Assembly: GCA_965197475.1 (NCBI GenBank)
Contig: CBDANF010000003.1
Coordinates: forward strand, 1,376,001-1,440,000
DNA from: Candidatus Poribacteria bacterium
GTDB lineage: Bacteria; Poribacteria; WGA-4E; WGA-3G
Length of the DNA: 64,000 nucleotides
Direction of reading: 5' to 3'
The position numbers and the translations under genes were made by a program. Below, piece by piece: positions 1 to 9,990 of this stretch. The notes beneath the pieces are model-generated. The model did no database searches, was not told the origin of the DNA, and was given only the letters and a program-made list of their open reading frames with translations. Each line of letters opens with the position of its first letter. The first letter of the stretch is position 1.

Positions 1-61
1 TTGAACCGAAAAAGCGGAGTTGCTTTTTCTAAGTTCTATCTTATCTATATCATATTAAGAT

Positions 62-91
62 AGTATAGCACAATCTTTCAGAATAAAGCAA
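62..91 (-). promoter_or_regulatory. Putative antisense (outward) sigma70 promoter in transposase leader
   Basis: Minus strand TTGCTT-18bp-TATACT with TGn extension. Same arrangement in copy 2 at 42137-42166. Confidence 0.55.
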
Positions 92-118
92 CTCCTTTTG
101 ACATATAGGAGTATTCTG

Positions 119-1000
119 ATGGATTTAATCAAGGTTATGGAGAGATTCCCAGACCAGTCATCCTGTATTGAGTATCTTGAGAAGATACGATGGAAAGGTA
201 AGCCTCATTGCTCACATTGTGGGATTACCGATGTTTTCAGGCGTAATGAGACGGCAACTGGTCGGATTGGTCGTTGGAATTGTAATGGTTGTAAGGCAAC
301 CTTCAAGGTTACTCAAGGCACAGTGTTTCACGGGGCTAAGATCGCACTTCAAAAGTGGTTTCTGGCTATTTCACTAATGGGAAACGCAAAGAAGAGCTTG
401 TCCAGTTATCAGTTGAGTCGTGATTTAGACCTGAATCAGAAGACGGCTTGGTTTATGATGCAACGCATTCGTGCTGAAATGGCTACTAAAGGTCAAACTC
501 TGCTGAAGGGTATTATTGAGGCAGATGAGACTTATATAGGAGGCAAACCTCGGAAAAAGAACAAGCGCGAGGACGATGAACCCGCCAAAAGAGGAAGGGG
601 AACATCAAAATCCGCTATTCTTGGCGCAGTTGAGCGTGGAGGTAAGGTAGTAGCTAAACTTGCTGATGATTTAACGGGAAGGGGTATCCTGGCGTTTATT
701 CGGGATGCTGTCAAAATAGATGAATCCGAACTGATAACCGATGAATATGCTGCTTACAATGAGATCGGAAAGCAGATAAAACATCGGGTTATCAATCACA
801 AAGAACAGTTCGCTGATGGGGATACCCACACGAACACTATTGAAGGTTTTTGGGCGTTGTTGAAACGCGCATGGTATGGACAGCATCACCACTACTCTAC
901 TGGGTATATCCCGCTATATGTGGCTGAGGCTTGCTATAAATATAACTACCGGAATGTGGATAGCATATTCTGGAAATTTGTTAATGAAAGTATGAGGTGA
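119..1000 (+). CDS. IS1595-family (ISXO2-like) DDE transposase
   Basis: N-terminal Zn ribbon (CSHC...CNGC), HTH (LSSYQLSRDLDLNQKTAW), EADETYIGGK, ITDE, THTNTIEGFW motifs. AGGAG RBS before ATG 119. Confidence 0.95.
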   Translation: MDLIKVMERFPDQSSCIEYLEKIRWKGKPHCSHCGITDVFRRNETATGRIGRWNCNGCKATFKVTQGTVFHGAKIALQKWFLAISLMGNAKKSLSSYQLSRDLDLNQKTAWFMMQRIRAEMATKGQTLLKGIIEADETYIGGKPRKKNKREDDEPAKRGRGTSKSAILGAVERGGKVVAKLADDLTGRGILAFIRDAVKIDESELITDEYAAYNEIGKQIKHRVINHKEQFADGDTHTNTIEGFWALLKRAWYGQHHHYSTGYIPLYVAEACYKYNYRNVDSIFWKFVNESMR

Positions 1001-1004
1001 AAAA

Positions 1005-1145
1005 ATGACTAAAGAAAAACAAGTCTGCCAAGAATGTGGAAACAAAAAGGCCCGCCTACCTGTAAAAAAAACAGATGGTAGACCTATTGAACCAATTAAA
1101 GCAATATGGAATGGAAGATTTAGGGAATATATCCGAAAAAATTAA
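1005..1145 (+). CDS. Small hypothetical protein (46 aa, CxxC) behind the transposase
   Basis: Read by hand: MTKEKQVCQECGNKKARLPVKK...YIRKN*. GAGGTG precedes the ATG, overlapping the transposase stop. Below the ORF-track cutoff. Confidence 0.35.
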   Translation: MTKEKQVCQECGNKKARLPVKKTDGRPIEPIKAIWNGRFREYIRKN

Positions 1146-1426
1146 GTGTTCGTCCGAGCAACCCTAATCATATCGTCTAAAGTTTCTATTGATACTTTTA
1201 AATCTGAGATGATATTTTGTATATCAGTTTGGAGATTTGGTGGAATTGCACCGCTTTCAACGATCAAACAGCATTTACAAAGTGGTCGAATCTGTAAGGC
1301 ACGGACATCTTTGGGGTTAATTTCTAATGCTGTTTCTACATAAGCGAGGGCATCAACAAAATTACCTGTTCTGAATTCATTGAGGCTAAGTCGGATTAAC
1401 TCAGCTGCTTGTCTGGTGGATTTCAT
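1142..1426 (-). CDS. IS passenger: small TPR-like helical protein
   Basis: MKSTRQ start. GNFVDALAYVETALEINPKDVRAL resembles a TPR repeat. Follows 1438-1725 in operon fashion. Confidence 0.6.
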   Translation of the reverse strand: MKSTRQAAELIRLSLNEFRTGNFVDALAYVETALEINPKDVRALQIRPLCKCCLIVESGAIPPNLQTDIQNIISDLKVSIETLDDMIRVARTNT

Positions 1427-1437
1427 GGTTTTCTTCC

Positions 1438-1725
1438 CTATTTGTTGGCATGTTCGATTATAAACACGCCAAACTGATGTCGGATTTCTTTTGGCATTGA
1501 AGTGTCGAGGGTAGTCCACCCGAATTCTTGATTGGAAAGAACCCAATTTCTTAAATCTGAAGTGAGTGGATACAGGAAATGTTCGTTTTCAATAGCATTA
1601 ACATACATTTTCCACATCTTTTTAGTATGTTCATCGCTTGATTGATCCATCTTTTCTTTGTCAGCTCGAAGATGTGTTACCATAAAAAATACTACGATGA
1701 TAACAAAGACACTGAAAATTATCAT
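1438..1725 (-). CDS. IS passenger: small membrane-anchored hypothetical protein
   Basis: N-terminal hydrophobic helix; AAGGGG RBS upstream on minus strand. Confidence 0.6.
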   Translation of the reverse strand: MIIFSVFVIIVVFFMVTHLRADKEKMDQSSDEHTKKMWKMYVNAIENEHFLYPLTSDLRNWVLSNQEFGWTTLDTSMPKEIRHQFGVFIIEHANK

Positions 1726-1745
1726 ATTGTACCCCTTAAATTGTA

Positions 1746-1909
1746 GGTTTGGTCATCCAGTAAATCCCAACTTCTCCACAAAAGAAGTGGGCATCCCTGG
1801 TGACCAAACCATAACACCTAACTTACATTAGATATGGGATACCCATAGTCCAATGGTGTTATAGTTTGGTCTGTTAAGAATTCTACAATTTTAAGAAGGG
1901 GAATGTCAA
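1746..1909 (-). promoter_or_regulatory. Inward-facing passenger promoter and structured 5' leader
   Basis: Minus strand TTGACA(1909-1904)-18bp-TAGAAT(1885-1880), followed by overlapping inverted repeats at 1746-1760, 1797-1818 and 1855-1871. Confidence 0.6.
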
Positions 1910-1980
1910 GTTAAAGGTGGGAATTTTGAAAAAAGTGGAGAAAAAAATGAGAAATCTAATGTCCGAAACTACTTATTCCG

Positions 1981-2190
1981 TTGATTATTGTGATTGGAAT
2001 AGCGGCCACAACACTTGGGTGTGTCTGGATGGTTTTTTCTTTCGTTACAAAGGTAACTGGTGCAGGAAAAGGGGCAACTAAACGTGAGATAGATGCACTG
2101 CAGGAACATGTAAACCACATTCAGGAAGAAATAATCTCACTGAAAAAAGAGGTTAGACAGCTTATCCAGATCGCTAAAGGTAGCGAGTAA
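1981..2190 (+). pseudogene. Probable 3' remnant of small membrane/coiled-coil protein gene cut by IS1595
   Basis: ORF begins at the first base after the TIR with TTG and no RBS. TM segment plus coiled coil. Confidence 0.55.
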
Positions 2191-2204
2191 AGGGAGGGAA
2201 TTGT

Positions 2205-2543
2205 ATGCCGTTTCTACTGCTGACATTACTTGGGGTGATGCTCTTTTTGATAATAAAATATGTCGCTGCAATGTCCATTATTATGGCGGTTGTTATTAGT
2301 GGCATAGCAGTGGTTGTGTTTGTAGGTATTTGGCAGGGAGCATTATATTTGTTGAAAAAATCAGGGCATTACGTCTCCAATTCGAAACAAACTTATGGGC
2401 AAGTTGAATCGAATTTGAAGCAGATAGGTGTGGATTTGCAGGAGATCCGTTCACAGTTGGCGGAAGTTGAACCACATCTACAGAATTTAGAATTTTTAAA
2501 GTACGCCCAGCAAAATACCGAAGTTAAGAAAAGCGAAACGTAG
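2205..2543 (+). CDS. Small membrane protein with C-terminal coiled coil
   Basis: GGGAGG RBS, two hydrophobic segments, heptad-like tail. Confidence 0.75.
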   Translation: MPFLLLTLLGVMLFLIIKYVAAMSIIMAVVISGIAVVVFVGIWQGALYLLKKSGHYVSNSKQTYGQVESNLKQIGVDLQEIRSQLAEVEPHLQNLEFLKYAQQNTEVKKSET

Positions 2544-2658
2544 GCAGGAGAAAAACACGTCCTGCATATTGTGCTTATCAAAGCCATTCAATTTTCAGTT
2601 TTGAATACAGAGTGTGAAACCACACCTTAAAAGGCGTTAAAAAGAGGCTCAATGAATT

Positions 2659-2695
2659 GCGTTTAGTGAATGTGCGTATGACATTCACTAAACGC
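2659..2695. terminator. 15-bp stem hairpin between convergent genes
   Basis: GCGTTTAGTGAATGT-7nt-ACATTCACTAAACGC immediately after the TolC stop. Confidence 0.7.
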
Positions 2696-2700
2696 GTTTG

Positions 2701-4122
2701 TTACTCTGTCCATGCCATTGTTTCCCGTAGTTTTTCTTTTGCTTTAGCGTAATTTCGGCGTGCCTGATAAAAAACTCGTTGCGTCTCCGTGTATTGTGCT
2801 TGCGCCTGAAAAGCATCGTTGAGTGTCAATCCTCGATATCCCTGTATTTCAACAGTACCTTCTTTGAGTACCTGTTCTATTGACCGTAGCCGTTGCTCAA
2901 AAAATTTCACCCGTTTCTGCTCAATTTCCATGCGTTCTTTCGCATTCGCCACTTCCCGGTAATCACGACGCACAGCCACTTTGATAAGTTTCGTCTTTTC
3001 GACGTACTCCAATTGGAGCCTCTCCAGTTCTGCGAGTTCTACAGAGCGGAGGTTTGCTGTCTTTTTCCCATCGTATAGCGGTATATTGATGTTGAAACGT
3101 AACCCCCATCCATCTTGTGTGCGTGGATCTGTCGCAAAAATGCTCGTGGTATCCCGCTCTCGGTCAAGTATTACCGGATCATAAAGAGCCTTTGCATCCC
3201 AAGTTCGGTTTTGTTGATGTTGTTGTAATAGTAGATGCAGATCTTTGTAGCGTGCTTCAGCAGAGAGTTCAGGAAATCGATTCCACATTGTCTCCACGAC
3301 AAGGCGTTCCTGACGTACAATATCACCTTGTAAGTCGCGCAGATCGAGCCTGTTTGTGAGTGCCAATTCAACAGCGGCTTCAAGCGTCACGTCGTCATCA
3401 GGGAGAGATTGTGAGAGAACAACTTGTGCCAGCGGATCAAGTCCCGTCAGACGAATGAGTTCCGCTGTGTCCACGTCAAGCCTCCGCTGGAGTTTGTTAA
3501 GATCAAGTTGTTGTTCAGACAATTCAAGTTCCGTATTGAGTCGACTGAGAAAGGGAATACGTTTCTTGGCGTGTTTGATTTGTGTACTCTTCAGTTTTTT
3601 CTGGAGTTCTACCTCAATCGTTCGACGTTGCGTGATCTCTTCCTGTGTGAGCGTAAGATCATGCCAGAGATTCCGAACGGCGTGAACCGTTTTCTTTTTT
3701 ACACGTTCGTATTCAATCTCCGCTTTGCGCACTTCTTCCTGTGCAGCGTCAAGTCCTTTCGGAATTTCACCGAATTGGGCGAGGATAACACTCATCTGTG
3801 CACGGGTAAGATAGTCTCTTTCGTCAATATCACCGTGTTTTTGGCGTTGATATTCGCTGGTGATCCCTACTTGTGGCAAGTACACAGCTTTGGACACGCG
3901 AAGGTTTGCCTTTGCGCGTTCCACTACTTTTTCCGCTTTTTTCACTGCCTCGTTGTTCTGCAAAGCGAGTTCTATTGCACGGGTTGACCGAAGTGAAACA
4001 AGTTCTTGTGCAGATACAGTACCAACTCCTTTAAATAACCAGCTTTGGCTTACAAGCAATGTAAAAACAAAAAATAGGCAGACTGCCAGCGGTGTCGTCC
4101 TTTTGTTCATTTCAATCTCCAT
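2701..4122 (-). CDS. TolC-family outer membrane efflux protein
   Basis: Signal peptide, AIELALQNN, YLPQVG, TLEAAVELALTNRLDL, NIPLYDG motifs; helical repeats. True start may be 4110. Confidence 0.9.
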   Translation of the reverse strand: MEIEMNKRTTPLAVCLFFVFTLLVSQSWLFKGVGTVSAQELVSLRSTRAIELALQNNEAVKKAEKVVERAKANLRVSKAVYLPQVGITSEYQRQKHGDIDERDYLTRAQMSVILAQFGEIPKGLDAAQEEVRKAEIEYERVKKKTVHAVRNLWHDLTLTQEEITQRRTIEVELQKKLKSTQIKHAKKRIPFLSRLNTELELSEQQLDLNKLQRRLDVDTAELIRLTGLDPLAQVVLSQSLPDDDVTLEAAVELALTNRLDLRDLQGDIVRQERLVVETMWNRFPELSAEARYKDLHLLLQQHQQNRTWDAKALYDPVILDRERDTTSIFATDPRTQDGWGLRFNINIPLYDGKKTANLRSVELAELERLQLEYVEKTKLIKVAVRRDYREVANAKERMEIEQKRVKFFEQRLRSIEQVLKEGTVEIQGYRGLTLNDAFQAQAQYTETQRVFYQARRNYAKAKEKLRETMAWTE

Positions 4123-4415
4123 AAATCTTTTCTACCGTCGGCTAATGCGGATTGTGACAATGACTATACCGATCATAAGAAGTATCAATACCCCAACCAG
4201 AATTGTTATCACCGATATCTGTAATTTTGACTCAACCTGTACTGTGATGGATCGGTCGCGTGCCTGAAACTTGCGGTTGTCAACCGTTACTTCCGCGTTG
4301 AGCTTCGCCTGATATTCTCCTACCCCGATGTCCGCAGGCGGATTTAGTGTGAGTTGTATTTCCGTTTCTTCGTTTCGTCCGAGTGATCCAATGACTTCAG
4401 GCGAAACTGTATATT

Positions 4416-5457
4416 AGACATTATAATGATTTAGTTTTAAATTTTGTTAACCTCTGTTATACTGACTTATTATCTTACGATAGGAGGTTAACTCATGACC
4501 AATTTTCAAGATCTCAAGGACAGACCTGATGCGTTTCTGTCCCTCACCGGATATACATTAGAAGAGTTTACAGAACTATTACCTCATTTTTCTTGTTGTT
4601 TTTTAGAATATATGCGAACACATACCCTTGATGGCAAACCACGCAAAAATCGGAGATATAAACCCTATAAAAATAGTCGTTTTGCTTGCCATGAAGATAT
4701 GTTGCTATTTATCTTGATTTACCTGCGTGATGCTCCGAAACAAGTTCTATTGGGTGCGCTCTTTGGTATGTCTCAACCTCTTGCTAATAAATGGATACAC
4801 TTGCTTTTATCAATATTGAACAAAGCATTAGCAGAACTTGGAGAGTTGCCATCTCGGGAAACAGACCCCGCCCCTATATGTGCTCCATCAAAAGTATCAA
4901 CTCAAAATCAAGAAGGAGAACATTTTTTTCATGATAGCACCGAACGCCCGATACGACGCCCAAAAGACCCGTCAACTCAAAAGGCGTATTATAGTGGTAA
5001 AAAGAAATGCCATACAGTGAAAAATAATCTGATTATCAATGAGGCCTGCAAAGTCGTCCTATTGACACCTTCTTTTGAAGGAAGACACCATGACAAACAC
5101 ATAGCCGATATGGTGGGCTATTGTGTGCCACAGGGTAGCACATTGTCCCAAGATACCGGTTTTCAGGGTTTCACCCTCCCGGATATAAACATCATTCAAC
5201 CGAAGAAAAAACCGAGAGGTAGAGAACGGACGAATGAAGAAAAAGAAAACAATAGAAAGATAGCGTCTATACGCATACGCGTTGAACATGCGATTAGTGG
5301 TGTCAAAAGATGCCGCATTGTCAAAGATAAACTCAGGAATTGGAAGAAAGGGTTTTGTGATTTAGTTATGGAAACTTGTTGTGGTTTACACAACTTCCGA
5401 CTAAACTTTAGACCCTGGCGTTATGAAACTCCTGTTATTTAAATCATTATAATGTCT
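4416..5457 (+). mobile_element. IS5-family (DDE_Tnp_4 type) element, copy A, intact
   Basis: TIR AGACATTATAATGATTTA / TAAATCATTATAATGTCT. 3-bp TSD ATT at 4413-4415 and 5458-5460. Confidence 0.92.
4495..5442 (+). CDS. IS5-family transposase (HTH_Tnp_4 + DDE_Tnp_4)
   Basis: FFHDSTER, YYSGKKKCHTVKN, QDTGFQG, RIRVEHAISGVKR motifs; AGGAGG RBS. Confidence 0.92.
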   Translation: MTNFQDLKDRPDAFLSLTGYTLEEFTELLPHFSCCFLEYMRTHTLDGKPRKNRRYKPYKNSRFACHEDMLLFILIYLRDAPKQVLLGALFGMSQPLANKWIHLLLSILNKALAELGELPSRETDPAPICAPSKVSTQNQEGEHFFHDSTERPIRRPKDPSTQKAYYSGKKKCHTVKNNLIINEACKVVLLTPSFEGRHHDKHIADMVGYCVPQGSTLSQDTGFQGFTLPDINIIQPKKKPRGRERTNEEKENNRKIASIRIRVEHAISGVKRCRIVKDKLRNWKKGFCDLVMETCCGLHNFRLNFRPWRYETPVI

Positions 5458-7489
5458 ATTTCCAATCCGTGTTGACATCAACAAGCATGCGGATATCAAC
5501 CAGGTCACGAGTGCCGATGTTTTTTAGCGTTGCAGTCATGTTAACCTGATCGCCAATTTTAATAGTTTGGAAAGCATTTTGAACGAAAACCTCAATTTCT
5601 GGCACACCCTTTGGAATCAATTCAAACCGCTCCACACCACCTTGTATGCTGGCGATCTTGTCCGCGGGCAAATCCAATCGATTGTTGACACCTCCGAGTT
5701 GGTTTGCTTCGGTCTCATCAAGCACGGCAACATAGAACTCAGTTGTGTTATCAAGATAGGACGCATCCAATTCTTCTGGTAGATAGACAATCAATGACAG
5801 ATTTCGCTTCGACTGTTCCTGTGTAAATTTGACCTGTGACTGCCGCGACTTTGTCTCCGGGTCTTGGAATTCAAAGGAGAGACGATTCAACAGATTGATG
5901 ACACGCAACTGGAACGTATTTTCGGTTTCTGCCAATCTATCCAACGTCAAATCGTAGGTGACACTGCTCCCTAAATTGCCTTCCTGCGAAAAACGTAGCG
6001 AACTGACATTTACTACATCTAATGCGGACTCTTTTTGCAGATAGATCAACCGCGTGTCAGGTTCGGGAATTTCAGGGTACTTCATCGATACCTTGACACT
6101 ATCAACATCTTTCTGGAGTTGAAACGTCAATTCCGCAGTTTCATTGTAACCAAGAACTGCAATTTTATCTTCATACGGTTTAACGATATTTGTGCTATCC
6201 ACGGCATCAAGTAAAGAGACATAAATAGAGCGGATTTCATTTGCCGCTGCGATTTCTTCAGGAGTCGCAGCGCTCGGCATTGCTTCTGTCGCTGATGTGT
6301 TCTTTAGTTGAATTGTCACCATCATTTGGTTATCAACGCGAAATTTCTTCGCACTGAGAATAGAGATATGACGCGTGTCTTCTTCAAGGTGGATTTTATA
6401 AGGGTAATCCCTATCAAGGTATCGGAGATTAACCGTGAGACTGTCCACGTTGCGCCTTAGTTCAAAATCAAGTGTTTTCTCCTGTCCATCCTTTAATGTC
6501 GGGATGCGGTACTCGTAAGGAAAACCGATAATAGCATCACTATCGTCTTTGATGGAAACATAGACATTGTTGATCTCTTGTGCTGTGTTAACATTGGTTT
6601 CCTCTGTTTCATCCTTCACCGCACCATACGTCAGAACAAGTTCCAAACGTCTTCGGTCACCCTCCTTGTAACGCTTCACCGATACCACGGATATATATGG
6701 ATCTTCCTGTTTTAGATGTATATGGCGTTCGTCAGGAGTATCAAGGTAGTTCAAATGAACGACAACATTACGTACATCCTCTTTAATTAACTCAAATTCC
6801 AAAGTGACAGTCTCGTTCTCTTTGAGTGTTTTGATGCGGCGTTCGTAAGGCACGGCAATAATCGCGCTACCGGAACCATCCTTTTCCTTAATTGATACAA
6901 AGATGTCATTAATCTGCGCACTGATGACAATGTCTCGTCCGAGGACTTTGGAACTCTCAACCAATTTGACAGGTAATGAACTATTCTGCAACGTAATCGA
7001 AAACATCTCGCGACCGTCACGCGATTCATATAGACGTGTGCCTTCTACTGTAATGTGCCAAGCATCCTTCAAGGAATCAAGCTCTACTTGTTGCAAACTG
7101 AGCTTCGATTTCTCATATTCCGAGGCAGCACTTTCATATTCCTCCTCAGCTTTATTTACTTCCGAGACCGTGACGATATTGTTTTCCTCTTCCATCATCG
7201 TGCATAAGTTCTCAAGTTCAATCTGTTTCTTTTTCATCAGGTTTTCCGCCAATTCCATCTCTAAGCGTGCAGTCTCTATAAGGATTTGACGGCTCTGCTC
7301 ATCTCTGGTCTTCGTGGTGTCAACATCAGTAGGAGGTTCCTCTTCAGATTCAGCTGCCATTCCCACTTGCAGTGACATCCCTATCACGACGATGCAAACC
7401 AGTACAAGAATTTTAATTCGCAAAACTTTTCCTCTATTGGTATGTATGTTTTAATCCTTTAAATCTAACAATGGATCCACTGAGGTTAT

Positions 7490-8224
7490 TTACTCGCTCG
7501 CTTCTTCCTCGGGTTCATATCCAGCGACATAGTGCAGATACAATTCCTCAAGATTTTCATTTTGAATTTCTTCGCGAGTTAACTCACGCTCAAGGTTACC
7601 CTGCACGAGAATTCCGATTCTATCAGCGATCTCCTTCGCGCGAAAGATGTCGTGAGTAGACATAAAGATGGCTTTTCCTTCCTCTTTTAATTGGCGGAGA
7701 AGGTTCAGAAAATCGGCACCCCCTTTCGGATCAAGCCCCGAAGTCGGTTCATCAAGTAATACAGCTTGTGCGTCCTTCATAATCGCAATAGCAATGCCGA
7801 GACGTTGCCGCATCCCTTTAGAGAAAGTTTTGACGCGCCGTGTAAACGCTTCTTCGGCTAAACCGACCCTGCCGAGTGTTTCATCCAGTTCGGCGTTTGA
7901 CACCTTCTTTCGTCCTCCAAGTTTCGCGAAAAAGGATAGGTTTTGGCGTGCCGTAAAGTTCCGATAAAGTTCAACGTTCTCAGAAACGTAGGCGAGATGT
8001 TTCTTCGCTTCCAGTGGGAACTTTGGAATCTCAATATCCCCTACAAGTGCGGTGCCGCTTGTCGGTTCAATGAAGTTGAGCAGCATGGATATGGTCGTGC
8101 TTTTACCGGCACCGTTCGCACCGAGGACGACATAGATTTCACCATCTTCCACTTTCATGTTCAATTTGTTGACAGCTAGAACGCTCTCGTTATAGACTTT
8201 TGTTAAATCACGTGTTTCTAACAT
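7490..8224 (-). CDS. ABC transporter ATP-binding protein
   Basis: Walker A GANGAGKST, signature FSKGMRQR, Walker B LLDEPTSGLD, H-loop STHD. Confidence 0.97.
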   Translation of the reverse strand: MLETRDLTKVYNESVLAVNKLNMKVEDGEIYVVLGANGAGKSTTISMLLNFIEPTSGTALVGDIEIPKFPLEAKKHLAYVSENVELYRNFTARQNLSFFAKLGGRKKVSNAELDETLGRVGLAEEAFTRRVKTFSKGMRQRLGIAIAIMKDAQAVLLDEPTSGLDPKGGADFLNLLRQLKEEGKAIFMSTHDIFRAKEIADRIGILVQGNLERELTREEIQNENLEELYLHYVAGYEPEEEASE

Positions 8225-8455
8225 TTTGTTCCTCCTATCAGTCTTGTTTTAAGTTGCACTTTCAAACAACATTGACTTACGTTATATAGACGCGTTTTAA
8301 GGGCAAAAGGTTGCAATATTTCAGAGACAATCTATATTGGTTATACACACTCCCTTCCTTGAAAAGTTCAAACAAAAAGCACAAGGTCAAAAATGTTGCC
8401 GCACAACGAAGATCATTGAACGGTCACCTGCGAATAACCGTTTCCGTCACCACAA

Positions 8456-9862
8456 TTATACCTCAACGCGTACAAACGCAAGGTAAGTCCCATACGAAAG
8501 AACAACAAAAAACAGCGTCAACAAGAGCAGATCCACTGCCGCAGCGTTGAAATCACGACTGAGACTGAGTGTATCTTCAAATGTTGGAATCGCCTCTGGA
8601 CTGACAGGTTTTTGCGACATACCTTCACGAACTCCAATGATGTGGAGACTGTCCGGGTCTGCTCTATCCATATCCGTGACGAATTCTCGATATTCACGGG
8701 CGTAACGTTGCACGTTTTCCACAAATTGTTGATGCCGTTCAAACCCAGTTCCAGCAAAAACCTCAAGGAGGTGCTGAACAAGCACAACGGGTGAGATGCG
8801 GGTGACAGAACGCGCCAGTTGAATTTGGGCATGCTGCTGAGTTAAGTATTCTTGGCTCAAACGTTCCCGTTCCGCTACGTCTTTGGTGACGTATTCACCC
8901 GCTAACTCCATTTTTTTCGCTGGATCCTCACGCGTGCCTTCCAAACGAGCGTCGTATTCACCCCTAAGTTCATTTACAAGTTGTCTGGCGCGTTCGTCGA
9001 ATTGACCATAAGTTATGGGGGTTGAAAATCCGCTTGCAATAGAGGCGAGAGTGCTCGGCATAAAAACAACAAAAGTAACCCACGTCAGCAAGAGTATCAC
9101 AAGACTCGCCGCACTATGCTGCACAAGTGTTGACACTAACAAACCTAACGCAAGAAACAGACATAAGTACAGAATCGCAATAAACAAAATTATGCCTAAA
9201 CGGCTCCACGCATCGGTGCCAAGTTGGACATCACTGGACGTGGAAATTACCAACAGGTTCATCAATACCGCGAGCATAAACGGGACGCTAATACTTACCA
9301 ATGCCCCTAAAAATTTGCCAATTAACACGGTATGGCGCGGTACAGAGTTCGCCAACGTCAAACGTAGTGTACCATGCTCTCGTTCGCCGGAAATCGAATC
9401 AAAGGTGAATAGGATCGCGATGAGACTTAAGACTTACCCTATCACAAACGCCCAATCTATTTTGATAGTGTCCGGACGAATATTTTTTGAATTGACAGTC
9501 GCAGGGATATAATATAACTGCCAGAAGCCTGCTAAGCCATCGGTGGCCCAAGCGTAAAATCCGCCGTGGACATTATCTGACAAAAAGGCCTCACCGCCAT
9601 CTGCACAGAAATGGAGAGATGATGGCTTTTTGTAAAGGTATCCGGGACCCTCTTGCGCAATGTGATACAAATTTGTTCGAGACCTTAAGCGATTCAACGA
9701 TCCTGTGACGGCATCGTGATATTTCTGCATCCGCACAGGATGTTCCTGGAGATGCACAATCGCATTGATCAGCATCAAGCCAAGAAACAATACGGTTGCC
9801 AACGCAAACCGGAGGCTATTGAGATTATCATAGAGTTCACGTTTTGTGATATGCCAAATCAT
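8456..9862 (-). pseudogene. ABC-2 type permease with in-frame nonsense codon
   Basis: ORFs 9434-9862 and 8456-9361 are in the same frame. TAA at 9434-9436 interrupts FVIG*VLSLIAILFTFDSISGEREHGTLRL. Confidence 0.85.
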
Positions 9863-9990
9863 ATTTTAAAGTCCCTTGCGGTTCGTTCAGGGTGTTTGTG
9901 AAAAAACGATTTCTTCCGTATATCCAGCCCGCCCGTTGGTTGGGCTTGCCTCCGTTGAATACGTTTATCAGCAGAATGCCGAAAGCCATC

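Larger units (their letters stand above)
1..1980 (+). mobile_element. IS1595-family element with passenger genes (left end outside window)
   Basis: Transposase at 119-1000. Right end GTCCGAAACTACTTATTCCG (1961-1980) resembles the perfect TIR of the second copy (GTCCAAAACTACTCATTGCG). The adjacent ORF 1981-2190 starts exactly at this boundary. Confidence 0.8.
4132..7423 (-). pseudogene. Exported NEW3/Ig-like domain protein with C-terminal TM anchor, interrupted by IS5-family element
   Basis: Removing 4416-5457 and one ATT restores ...TDWKYTVSPEVIGSLGRNEETEIQLTLNPPADIGVGEY...VITILVGVLILLMIGIVIVTIRISRR* (stop at 4132). Typical partner of this ABC/TolC cluster. Confidence 0.85.
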
